A stretch of 32,000 bases of DNA from positions 50,605 to 82,604 of the forward strand of contig CAZFVS010000001.1 in assembly GCA_964522265.1 (NCBI GenBank), written 5' to 3'. A program made the position numbers and the translations under genes. Position 1 is the stretch's first letter. The number at the start of each line of letters is the position of its first letter. Source of the stretch: an uncultured Gammaproteobacteria bacterium (lineage in GTDB: Bacteria > Patescibacteriota > Microgenomatia > Daviesbacterales > UBA10151). Under the pieces are notes generated by a model. That model saw nothing but the letters and a program-made list of their open reading frames with translations. It was not told the DNA's origin and searched no databases. This document shows positions 1 to 7,498 of this stretch, one piece after another.

Positions 1-408
1 ATAGTCCGATAAAACCAGATGTCCGTTACCATGGTTAGGCGGAATTAAAACTTGCAGTCTGTTAGTTCCCGACAGTGTAAATGATTCCCACTTTCCGTAA
101 TCTTTTGAATTTTTATCAAAATTTAAAACAACAAGATAAAATTTTCCATACAGACATGAAACCATCTTCCAGGTTTTGATATCACCATGAATACCTTTTA
201 AAACACCTTTAGTGCCGGTTGAAATATCATCTTCTACAAATTTTAAGTTAAGGGCATCTTTTGCGTATGGGGTTCCTTTTAATGCATCTGTAAGCGTTTC
301 CTTGTATAATTTTTCATTGTACAGTCCAACATATTCTCCCCTAAAATCTTCATAAGAATCCAGTTTTATAAGGAGTACTCCCTCAAGTTTTGTTTTAGAT
401 ACTTTCAT
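1..408 (-). CDS. RmlC-like cupin, NDP-4-dehydro-6-deoxyhexose 3,5-epimerase family; N-terminal 136 codons only (gene continues past the window start)
   Basis: Absent from the ORF track because no stop lies in the window. My hand translation of the reverse strand from ATG 408..406 stays open to base 1: MKVSKTKLEGVLLIKLDSYEDFRGEYVGLYNEKLYKETLTDALKGTPYAKDALNLKFVEDDISTGTKGVLKGIHGDIKTWKMVSCLYGKFYLVVLNFDKNSKDYGKWESFTLSGTNRLQVLIPPNHGNGHLVLSDY. DFRGE, GIHGD, KMVSCLYGKFYLVVLN and IPPNHGNGHLVLSD follow the RmlC-type jelly-roll pattern. ATGA start/stop overlap with the SDR gene ending at 405. Confidence 0.7.
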   Translation of the reverse strand, partial: MKVSKTKLEGVLLIKLDSYEDFRGEYVGLYNEKLYKETLTDALKGTPYAKDALNLKFVEDDISTGTKGVLKGIHGDIKTWKMVSCLYGKFYLVVLNFDKNSKDYGKWESFTLSGTNRLQVLIPPNHGNGHLVLSDY

Positions 409-1388
409 TTGAAGTAATTTTTCTTTTTTAAATAATCCTTCCGGTTGTTTATAAACCAATTCCAGGTTTTCTGCAACCCTGTTTTTAATGGGGTAGTCGG
501 ATTATAATGGATTATTTTTTTAGCAAGGGATAAATCCATCACTCTTTTGGGAAAACCTGAAGGTTTGGTTGCATCAAATCTATAGTTAAAATCTAAAAAG
601 GTATGCAAAGCGTTAACAAGTTGTTTGATCGAATACCCTTTTCCGCTGCCTAAATTTACAAAACTGCCTTTGGTTCCGTAATGCAAAGCCAGAATAATTC
701 CCTCAGCTACATCTTTGGAATAAGCAAAATCCCTTATAGCTTTTCCATCCCCCCAAACTACTACAGGATCCTCTTTTTGATAAATCCTATACATTAGGGA
801 AGGGATGACCATGGCATTATTCGGGTCAAAATTATCCCCAGGCCCATATACGTTGCAGGGCCTGACAACAGCAAAATTCTCAAGCCCGTACTGTATTTTA
901 TAAGATTGTATTTGCAGTTCTGATATCCTTTTTGCCCAACCAGGAAACATATCCATCGGCGGCCCATCCTGGTTTTGATTTTCTTTAAAAACTGCAGCCG
1001 GTGTGTAAGCACCAATGGATGAAGTGTAGACAACTTTTTTCACATTGTTAATTCTGCATGCTTCCAGTACATTTGTATTGAACATCAGTAGTGGTACAAA
1101 AAAGCTGGCAGGTTTTGTTTTTGTGACTTCAATAGATCCCTTTATTCCCGCTAAATGAAAAACAAAATCTGTATTATTAGTAACTTTTTTACAAAAATCA
1201 AAACTTGTTAAATCACCATAAATATGCCTGGCCTTTTTATTTACGTTAACTTTATCCAAAGAAACAATTTTAACCTTAGCGCCGGATTCGATCAATATGT
1301 CAACTACCTGCCTGCCGATTAAACCGGTTCCACCGGTCACCAAACATTTTTTATTCCTGAAGTTTCTTAAAACTTTGCGATCAATCAT
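405..1388 (-). CDS. NAD(P)-dependent epimerase/dehydratase family protein, GDP-L-fucose-synthase-like extended SDR (paralog A) with non-canonical active-site positions
   Basis: The ORF-track start at 1394 is TTG; the first ATG is residue 3 (1388). Rossmann motif VTGGTGLIG is present. SSIGAYTP, NVYGPGDNFDP and VWGDGKAIRDFAYSKDVA are collinear with Fcl-type SDRs. The expected YxxxK reads PGWAK. 8-nt overlap with the upstream gene and ATGA overlap with the downstream gene. Confidence 0.85.
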   Translation of the reverse strand: MIDRKVLRNFRNKKCLVTGGTGLIGRQVVDILIESGAKVKIVSLDKVNVNKKARHIYGDLTSFDFCKKVTNNTDFVFHLAGIKGSIEVTKTKPASFFVPLLMFNTNVLEACRINNVKKVVYTSSIGAYTPAAVFKENQNQDGPPMDMFPGWAKRISELQIQSYKIQYGLENFAVVRPCNVYGPGDNFDPNNAMVIPSLMYRIYQKEDPVVVWGDGKAIRDFAYSKDVAEGIILALHYGTKGSFVNLGSGKGYSIKQLVNALHTFLDFNYRFDATKPSGFPKRVMDLSLAKKIIHYNPTTPLKTGLQKTWNWFINNRKDYLKKKNYFK

Positions 1389-2139
1389 AGACAAAATATG
1401 AGACCCTTGATGTAAATTTATGCCTTTTTAATTTAATATTATTTAGCCCAAAAACCTCACTTAAGGCAATAGTTTCTCCGGGGCTATCTGCGTCATTTAG
1501 CTCGTCGAATGCAAGCAAGCTTCCTTTAATAAGGTGAGGCTTTATAGCTTCGAGGCATTTTTTAGTAGGCTTATACAGGTCAAAATCGAAATAAGCCAGT
1601 GAAATTATTGTTTCAGGATATTTTTTTAAGTATTTAATTATTTCTATTGTTGCATCTCCAGCTATTAATTCATATTTTTTGATGTGAGAAAGAGGATTTT
1701 CCTGTTCATGGTAATCCATGATTTTTTCAAGATAATTCTGATAATTTTTTGTTAGAGCCAACCCTCTTTTTACCATCATTTTTGATGTACCATCCTTGGA
1801 ACTGATTTGGGGAAATCCTTTAAAAGTGTCAAACCCGACAATTTTTCTGTGTCTGTTAAATGGGTCATAGATTCCTCGTAGAGCCGAAAATAGAGCCAAA
1901 TTTTGTCCCCACCTGGTTCCAAACTCAAAAACAACTCCTGGAATATCAACAATTTTTTGAAAGATGTGGTCCATAAATAAAATCCTGGACAAATTTTTAG
2001 AATTTAGGAAAAGCCCTAAATTAGATAAAATCTGTTCATCGGGAATGGGACAGTTTTTTAAATAACCAATAATCTCTTCCCGTATTTTTTTCTCTGTAGC
2101 ACTCTCGTAAGTTAAAATTTTTTGAAGATCTTTTTTCAT
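1381..2139 (-). CDS. TylF/MycF-family (macrocin-O-methyltransferase-like) SAM-dependent sugar O-methyltransferase
   Basis: The ORF-track start at 2184 is TTG and would overlap the AKR gene by 44 nt. ATG at 2139 (residue 16, MKKDLQ) lies 1 nt after the AKR stop. FEFGTRWGQN...KIVGFDTFKGFP and LAYFDFDLYKPTKKCLE...LLAFDEL match the TylF-family pattern, including the DxDxY metal site. Confidence 0.7.
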   Translation of the reverse strand: MKKDLQKILTYESATEKKIREEIIGYLKNCPIPDEQILSNLGLFLNSKNLSRILFMDHIFQKIVDIPGVVFEFGTRWGQNLALFSALRGIYDPFNRHRKIVGFDTFKGFPQISSKDGTSKMMVKRGLALTKNYQNYLEKIMDYHEQENPLSHIKKYELIAGDATIEIIKYLKKYPETIISLAYFDFDLYKPTKKCLEAIKPHLIKGSLLAFDELNDADSPGETIALSEVFGLNNIKLKRHKFTSRVSYFVYD

Positions 2140-2140
2140 T

Positions 2141-3238
2141 TTATTCAACAATTGCTGAAATGGGTTTTTTGCCTTTGTGTGCAATTACCCAGGCCCAGTA
2201 CCTGATACGTCCTCCTACAAGGTCGTATTTGTATTTTCCGCTTTCAGATTTTTGCAATTTGACAGGTTTTAAAAAATCCCCTTTGTATACTTCTTCAGAT
2301 AGCATGAGGGGTGAAGGGAAAAAATTCAATTTATTGGATAAGGCCTGTTGTAGTGTCTGATAGGCCTTGTGGTTTCCACTAGTTAAAACATTGATATCCT
2401 GTACGGGTACATAAATAATGTTTTGCTTGAAAACATTGTTTAACATAAATTTATCGCTTGCTGATAATTTAAAATACAGACTGCCGAAGTTTTCTTTGAC
2501 ATGGCCGATGTTAGTAGTACCAGGTATGGCAATGACATTTTTATGTGAAACGATCCAGTTTAGTATAATCTGGCTTGCTGTGACGGAATATTTTTTTGAT
2601 AATGAATTTAATTTTTCCAGATATTGAGGATTCTTCAAAATGGCGCCCGCGTTTAAAGGGCTGTAGGAAATTAAGGTGATATTATTTTTTTGGCAATATG
2701 GCAAAATGAAATCTTCTACAGTTCTGTCCAATAGGTTATACTCTGTTTGTAATGATACAAGAGGGGCAAATTTTAATACCCCCCTCACTATTTTTAACTG
2801 CCTTAGCGAAAAATTGCTGATTCCGACATATCTGATTTTACCAATCTTGACTAGCTTTTCCATGGCAGCAACTGTTTCTTCTATATCGGTATTAGGATTT
2901 GGCCAGTGTATCTGGTATAGGTCAATATAGTCAGTCTGAAGCCTTCTTAGACTTTCTTCACATGAGCGGATAACATCTTTATACGAGTTATGTTGCGGAG
3001 AAAATTTTGTAGCGATAAATATTTTTTTTCTGATCTTTTTTAAAGCAGTTCCGATTAAGACTTCGGCATGACCGTCAAAATACACTTCAGCAGTGTCTAT
3101 TAATTTAAGACCCAGGTTTACTGATCCACGGATAAGTGATATTAATTTTTTATCGCGGTATTTATTCTGAGACTCGAAACCGGTTCCGGTACCGAGGCCT
3201 ATTTTAGGGATTTTTGAAAAGGGATTTTTGAGTGACAT
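2141..3238 (-). CDS. Aldo/keto reductase (residues 1-270) fused to a C-terminal ParB/sulfiredoxin-like domain of about 95 aa
   Basis: AKR hallmarks are present: LIDTAEVYFDGHAE, IFIATKF, DYIDLYQIHWP, GKIRYVGISNF, SLQTEYNLLDR, AIPGTTNIGHVKEN. The C-terminal extension IIYVPVQDINV...FLKPVKLQKSESGKYKYDLVGGRIRYWAWVIAHKGKKPISAIVE is collinear with the ParB N-terminal domain core (xPLLVRxxxxxYELVAGERRYRAAxxAGxxxVPAVV). Confidence 0.8.
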   Translation of the reverse strand: MSLKNPFSKIPKIGLGTGTGFESQNKYRDKKLISLIRGSVNLGLKLIDTAEVYFDGHAEVLIGTALKKIRKKIFIATKFSPQHNSYKDVIRSCEESLRRLQTDYIDLYQIHWPNPNTDIEETVAAMEKLVKIGKIRYVGISNFSLRQLKIVRGVLKFAPLVSLQTEYNLLDRTVEDFILPYCQKNNITLISYSPLNAGAILKNPQYLEKLNSLSKKYSVTASQIILNWIVSHKNVIAIPGTTNIGHVKENFGSLYFKLSASDKFMLNNVFKQNIIYVPVQDINVLTSGNHKAYQTLQQALSNKLNFFPSPLMLSEEVYKGDFLKPVKLQKSESGKYKYDLVGGRIRYWAWVIAHKGKKPISAIVE

Positions 3239-3243
3239 CGGAT

Positions 3244-3669
3244 TTATTTAGGATCTATATTCCAACCTTTTAAATCATCGGTTTCAATATTGGTACGTTT
3301 TAAACTCGGTTCTTTGTCGCCGAACTCTTCGAGTAATAAATTTTTCATCCTGTTTCTGATTCCATTAAGTTGGTGAGCCATTTTCAGCAGCTTATCATAT
3401 TGATCAGGTTTTTCTTGCAGCTGATCTTTATTGTTCCAAATATAAACATTGATTTGTGCGATTGTAGTAACCAGTCTAATAATTTTAGCTGTTATTTTTG
3501 GATTCTTCTTTTCTTCTAAAATAAACTCGATATCATGGGAGATTTTCCCTAATTCTTTTGAATAACTGTCTTTATTTTTTGATAATTTAATCTCTTTGAT
3601 CTGGTCAATAGTCAGTGCGTCTATCAGATCGGCTAAAGTCGGAAGAAATTGTCTTGTTTTATGGCTCAT
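3244..3669 (-). CDS. Hypothetical small (141 aa) predicted all-helical protein
   Basis: ATG start, ATGA overlap with the upstream SDR gene, and a 5-nt gap to the AKR start, so it is embedded in the operon. No catalytic motif recognised. Charged helical sequence (LADLIDALTIDQIKEIK..., AHQLNGIRNRMKNLLLEEF). Confidence 0.6.
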   Translation of the reverse strand: MSHKTRQFLPTLADLIDALTIDQIKEIKLSKNKDSYSKELGKISHDIEFILEEKKNPKITAKIIRLVTTIAQINVYIWNNKDQLQEKPDQYDKLLKMAHQLNGIRNRMKNLLLEEFGDKEPSLKRTNIETDDLKGWNIDPK

Positions 3670-4649
3670 CTTTTAAATTTTTGATAATCACTTACATACC
3701 AATTAATAGTTTTTAAAATTGCCTGTTCTAAACTGTGCTTAGGCTTAAAGCCCAGAATGTCGGTAGCCCGTTTTACAGAAAGAAGCCTAATTGGGTCTCC
3801 GGTTGGTTTGGTGGTGTCCCAATCAATTTTTTGTTTTTGGGGGACATTTCGGGCAATTGTTTGAGCTATTTTTTTGATGATGTATTTTTTGCCGGTTCCC
3901 AGGTTTATTGGCAAGCAAGTTGGGGCTTTTTCTAATGCAAGAATCATCCCGTCTGCTGCGTCATCAACAAAAATAAAATCCCTGATAGCGCTTCCGTCTC
4001 CCCAGATTTTGACCGGGTTTTCTCCGTTTATCATTCTGGCAATTAACGCTGGAATAACCTGAGCAGTTTTTGGATTAAAATCATCAAAAGGACCAAAGAC
4101 GTTAGAGGGTCTGACAATCTTTACAGCATCCCAGCCGTATTCCTTAAGATAAGTTTCACCCTGCAACTCGCCGACCCTTTTGGCAATGCCGGGAATCCTG
4201 TCATTTTGTTTAGGCATACCATCCCAGACTGTTTCTTCTTCTTTGGGTTTATTTGACTGTGGATAAGCGCAGATGCTGGAAACAAACAAAAACTTTTGAA
4301 CATTATTTTTAAAGCTTGCATCCATCAGATTTGTCTGAAACCTTAGCATTGGTACGAAATAACTTGCAACTTTTGTTTCATCTATACCTACAGATCCTTT
4401 AATTCCAACCAGATTAAAAACATAATCTTTGCCTTTGGTAACTTTTAGGCAGTTATTTAAGTCAGTTAGATCTTTATGGATAAATTCAACCTGTTTTTGG
4501 AAAACTTCATCAACAAATTTTTTATCATCAAGCGATACTATAATAATTTTTGCACCGATTTTAAGCAGTTTATTGACCAGAGAAATGCCAATCATGCCGG
4601 AGCCGCCTGCCACTAAAATTTTCTTATCTTTATAAAAACTATTGGACAT
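3666..4649 (-). CDS. NAD(P)-dependent epimerase/dehydratase family protein, Fcl-like extended SDR (paralog B of 405..1388)
   Basis: VAGGSGMIG Rossmann motif. SSICAYPQ, NVFGPFDDFNP and IWGDGSAIRDFIFVDDAA are collinear with paralog A along the whole length. The YxxxK position reads PGIAK. Confidence 0.85.
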   Translation of the reverse strand: MSNSFYKDKKILVAGGSGMIGISLVNKLLKIGAKIIIVSLDDKKFVDEVFQKQVEFIHKDLTDLNNCLKVTKGKDYVFNLVGIKGSVGIDETKVASYFVPMLRFQTNLMDASFKNNVQKFLFVSSICAYPQSNKPKEEETVWDGMPKQNDRIPGIAKRVGELQGETYLKEYGWDAVKIVRPSNVFGPFDDFNPKTAQVIPALIARMINGENPVKIWGDGSAIRDFIFVDDAADGMILALEKAPTCLPINLGTGKKYIIKKIAQTIARNVPQKQKIDWDTTKPTGDPIRLLSVKRATDILGFKPKHSLEQAILKTINWYVSDYQKFKR

Positions 4650-5613
4650 TATTTTTTTTGTTGTTAGTCCATCGCCTTATATTTTTTATCAAGGTCTGAT
4701 TGTTGAGTCTTAGCGATGAAAGCATATAATCTCTATCGCCATATGTAAAGCAATGACCATCGGAGAACCCAAATCTTAAAAACTTTACAGGTAGATTATG
4801 GTCAGTTAAGAAATCACTGATGATTGTTCCAACACCACTGTAAGATAAATGTTCATCAAGCGTTATAACAAAAGGGTATCTTTTTATCAAAGAATACAGC
4901 AGCTTTTCGTTTAAAGGTTTTAACCGATAAACATCAATAACACCAAGTTTTAAGTTGTTAGTTTCTAAAGCCTTAGTAATTTCAATTGCTTTATGTACAA
5001 ATACACCTGTTGTAACAATTACTCCATCATTGCCTTTTTGAACTTCCTTTAGTCCGTCCAAAAAATTATCTTTTTTGTCATAAAGCTCAGGATAGTTGCC
5101 TTTATCAAAACGTATATAGGTAAGTCCTGGATATTTATATACTAAATGAGGGAAAACAGATAAACTAATATTATCCGAAGCATTTAAAATCCTCATATGC
5201 GGAATTGCCCTCATTGCCGCAAGATCTTGGTTGGCATGATGGGTTGGACCGTCACTTCCGTAAGTTAATCCTCCGCCTATTCCTGCAATTACAACAGGCA
5301 GGTTCATTAAAGACAAATTAACTTTAATCTGTTCCAAACAGCGGATAGTGGCAAAGTTGACAATTGCATGGACAAAAACTTTTTTACCCGAAAGTGCCAG
5401 TCCTGCTGCCACATTGATCATATTTTGTTCCGCAATTCCCGCATTTATAATCTGCGTTGGTATTTCTTTGTAAAATTTTTCAAAAGAACGAACTCCCTGG
5501 TCTGCATGGAGAAGGATTACATCCTTATCTTTTTTTGCAATAACAAAAAGCTCTTCAAAAAAAGCATCCCTCATATCTGAATATTTTGTATTTGGTGCGG
5601 TTATTTTTTTCAT
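4639..5613 (-). CDS. Transketolase-family protein, C-terminal (pyrimidine-binding plus C-terminal domain) subunit
   Basis: INAGIAEQNMINVAAGLALSGKKVFVHAIVNF, GPTHHANQDLAAMRAIPHMRIL and a C-terminal alpha/beta domain. Its start overlaps the stop of the N-terminal subunit gene by 1 nt (TAATG). Confidence 0.85.
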   Translation of the reverse strand: MKKITAPNTKYSDMRDAFFEELFVIAKKDKDVILLHADQGVRSFEKFYKEIPTQIINAGIAEQNMINVAAGLALSGKKVFVHAIVNFATIRCLEQIKVNLSLMNLPVVIAGIGGGLTYGSDGPTHHANQDLAAMRAIPHMRILNASDNISLSVFPHLVYKYPGLTYIRFDKGNYPELYDKKDNFLDGLKEVQKGNDGVIVTTGVFVHKAIEITKALETNNLKLGVIDVYRLKPLNEKLLYSLIKRYPFVITLDEHLSYSGVGTIISDFLTDHNLPVKFLRFGFSDGHCFTYGDRDYMLSSLRLNNQTLIKNIRRWTNNKKNNVQ

Positions 5614-6425
5614 TAAAGCCCCAGTTCTTTTTCTGCTTTTATTTTCTGATCAGGGTTTGGAACACCGTGGTGCCAATGGGGGTTGTTTTCCATGAATGAT
5701 ACTCCTTTCCCCTTGATTGTGTTTGCGATGATTGCCAGCGGTTTGATTCTTTTTTTTTGCTTTGCTTTTTTGATTGCGTTTATGATCTGCTTAAAATTAT
5801 GCCCATCTATGTTAACTGTTTCCCAGCCAAAAGCTGCCCATCTGCCTTCCATTGGTGAGTTGCCTGCAAAATCTTTCGTATTTGTTGTTGCGGCAATGGA
5901 ATTATTATCTACGAAGACCGTTAAATTATTCAATTTTTGTGAGGATGCAAAGTTGGCAGCTTCCCAGACAGACCCTTCAGCGCATTCGCCGTCTCCTAAA
6001 ATAACAAAAGTGATAAAATTTTTTCTGTCCAGTTTGGCACCCAAAGCAAGTCCTGCACCAATACCCAACCCGTGGCCCAGAGATCCTGAGGATATTTCGA
6101 TCCCCGGTATAAAATGGTCAGGGTGTCCGCCCAAGATTGAGCCATTTTGCCCGTATGTGTTTAATACCTCTTTTTTGAAAAAACCAGCATCTGCAAGTAC
6201 TGCATAAAGTGCCAGACAGGCATGACCTTTGCTGAGTATGATCCGGTCGCGGTTAGGGTCATTTTGGTTTTTAGCAGATATTTTTAGAAGTTTTGAAAAA
6301 TAAAGAGATACTAAAATCTCGGTAACTGAAAAAGCTCCTCCAAGATGTCCTTTCCCTGCCTGGGATTGCATCCTGAAAGCTTGTTGTCTGACCCATTCCG
6401 CTTTTTGTACCAGCTTCTCATTCAT
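5613..6425 (-). CDS. Transketolase-family protein, N-terminal ThDP-binding subunit
   Basis: The ORF-track start at 6428 is TTG; ATG at 6425 gives a 1-nt TGATG junction with the E1 beta stop. GHLGGAFSVTEILVSLYF, LSKGHACLALYAVL, GSLGHGLGIGAGLALG and the ThDP motif GDGECAEGSVWEAANFASSQKLNNLTVFVDNN are present. Confidence 0.85.
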   Translation of the reverse strand: MNEKLVQKAEWVRQQAFRMQSQAGKGHLGGAFSVTEILVSLYFSKLLKISAKNQNDPNRDRIILSKGHACLALYAVLADAGFFKKEVLNTYGQNGSILGGHPDHFIPGIEISSGSLGHGLGIGAGLALGAKLDRKNFITFVILGDGECAEGSVWEAANFASSQKLNNLTVFVDNNSIAATTNTKDFAGNSPMEGRWAAFGWETVNIDGHNFKQIINAIKKAKQKKRIKPLAIIANTIKGKGVSFMENNPHWHHGVPNPDQKIKAEKELGL

Positions 6426-7498
6426 CAAAAAGGTCCTTTAAATTTATTTTCATAACTGTAGAACTGCTCGTTGCTTAAATCTGTTGGTTGGAAAAGCTTT
6501 TCTTCAATCGCCCTGATGATTGTTACTGCATTAGGATAAAACTCATTTTCTAAGGGTCTGGTGCAGGGGCAGGGTGTGGGTGCAAAACCGATTCTTTTAA
6601 CCGCTGATTTTAGGATTTTATAGCATTGATCATAAACCCGGGTAGCCACTTCAGCGCTAAAACCGCAATTTATCCAGTCGTAGTCCGCAATAATAAGATG
6701 CCCTGTTTTTTTAACTGAGTTGATGATTATCCCCTCATCCAGAGGGGAAATTGTCCTGGGGTCAATTACCTCTACCGATACCCCTCTTCTTTCAAGTATC
6801 TCTGCAGCCTTGAGTGCCTCCACATTCATATAGGATGTGGCAACAATTGTTACATCTTTCCCCTCATGTAAAATTTTGCCCTGGCCCATGGGTAGGGGAT
6901 CTGGGTTTTCATCAACCTCTCCCATGACATCATAGAGCATCCTGTGTTCCAAAAAAACCACAGGATTATTATCTCTGATTGCAGCTTTCAACAGCCCTTT
7001 GGTATCTGATGGAGTAGTGGGCATAATAACTTTCAGGCCCGGAATATGGGCAAAAAAAGACTGAAGACTTTTACTATGTTGGTAGGACTGGCCCCAGCCT
7101 TTGCCAATGACAGCTCGGATAACAAGAGGGATTTTATATCTGCCGTTTGAACCGTAACCATAACTTGAGACCATATTTACAAGCTGGTTCATGGCCAAGA
7201 GTAAGAAATCCAACCTAATATGTACATTAACCGGCCGCATCCCGTTTATTGCTGCCCCGAGTCCGAACCCTAAAAGAGCCTCTTCCGATAAGGGAGTTGA
7301 AAAAATCCTTTCAGGCCCAAATTCCTCCAGGAGTCCCGAAGTTGAGCCGAATATTCTTTTATGGTCAGCGGCATCAATTCCGTATACGAAGACATTTGGA
7401 TCCAACCTCATCTCTTCAGCAAGTGCTTCAGCAATAGCCTGGCGGTAACTGATCAAACGGGTTTTAGAGTTTAAGTTGTTTGTTTTGGTACTTTTCAT
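6425..7498 (-). CDS. 2-oxoacid (pyruvate/acetoin/BCKA-type) dehydrogenase E1 component, beta subunit homolog
   Basis: ISYRQAIAEALAEEMRLDPNVFVYG, ERIFSTPLSEEALLGFGLGAAINGMRPV, HSKSLQSFFAHIPGLKVIMPTTPSDTKGLLKAAIRDNNPVVFLEH. ATGA overlap with the E1 alpha stop. Confidence 0.85.
   Translation of the reverse strand: MKSTKTNNLNSKTRLISYRQAIAEALAEEMRLDPNVFVYGIDAADHKRIFGSTSGLLEEFGPERIFSTPLSEEALLGFGLGAAINGMRPVNVHIRLDFLLLAMNQLVNMVSSYGYGSNGRYKIPLVIRAVIGKGWGQSYQHSKSLQSFFAHIPGLKVIMPTTPSDTKGLLKAAIRDNNPVVFLEHRMLYDVMGEVDENPDPLPMGQGKILHEGKDVTIVATSYMNVEALKAAEILERRGVSVEVIDPRTISPLDEGIIINSVKKTGHLIIADYDWINCGFSAEVATRVYDQCYKILKSAVKRIGFAPTPCPCTRPLENEFYPNAVTIIRAIEEKLFQPTDLSNEQFYSYENKFKGPF

Noticed and set aside
5683-6207. 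174-aa plus-strand ORF, with similar long opposite-strand ORFs at 7191..7448, 7925..8272, 16049..16390, 17814..18266, 21103..21423 and 29159..29524
   Set aside because: All lie entirely antisense to genes with strong family motifs (TK-N, E1 alpha/beta, 3-dehydrases, GT, acetyltransferase). Their translations are low-complexity or Pro/Ser-rich with no motifs. They are shadow ORFs.
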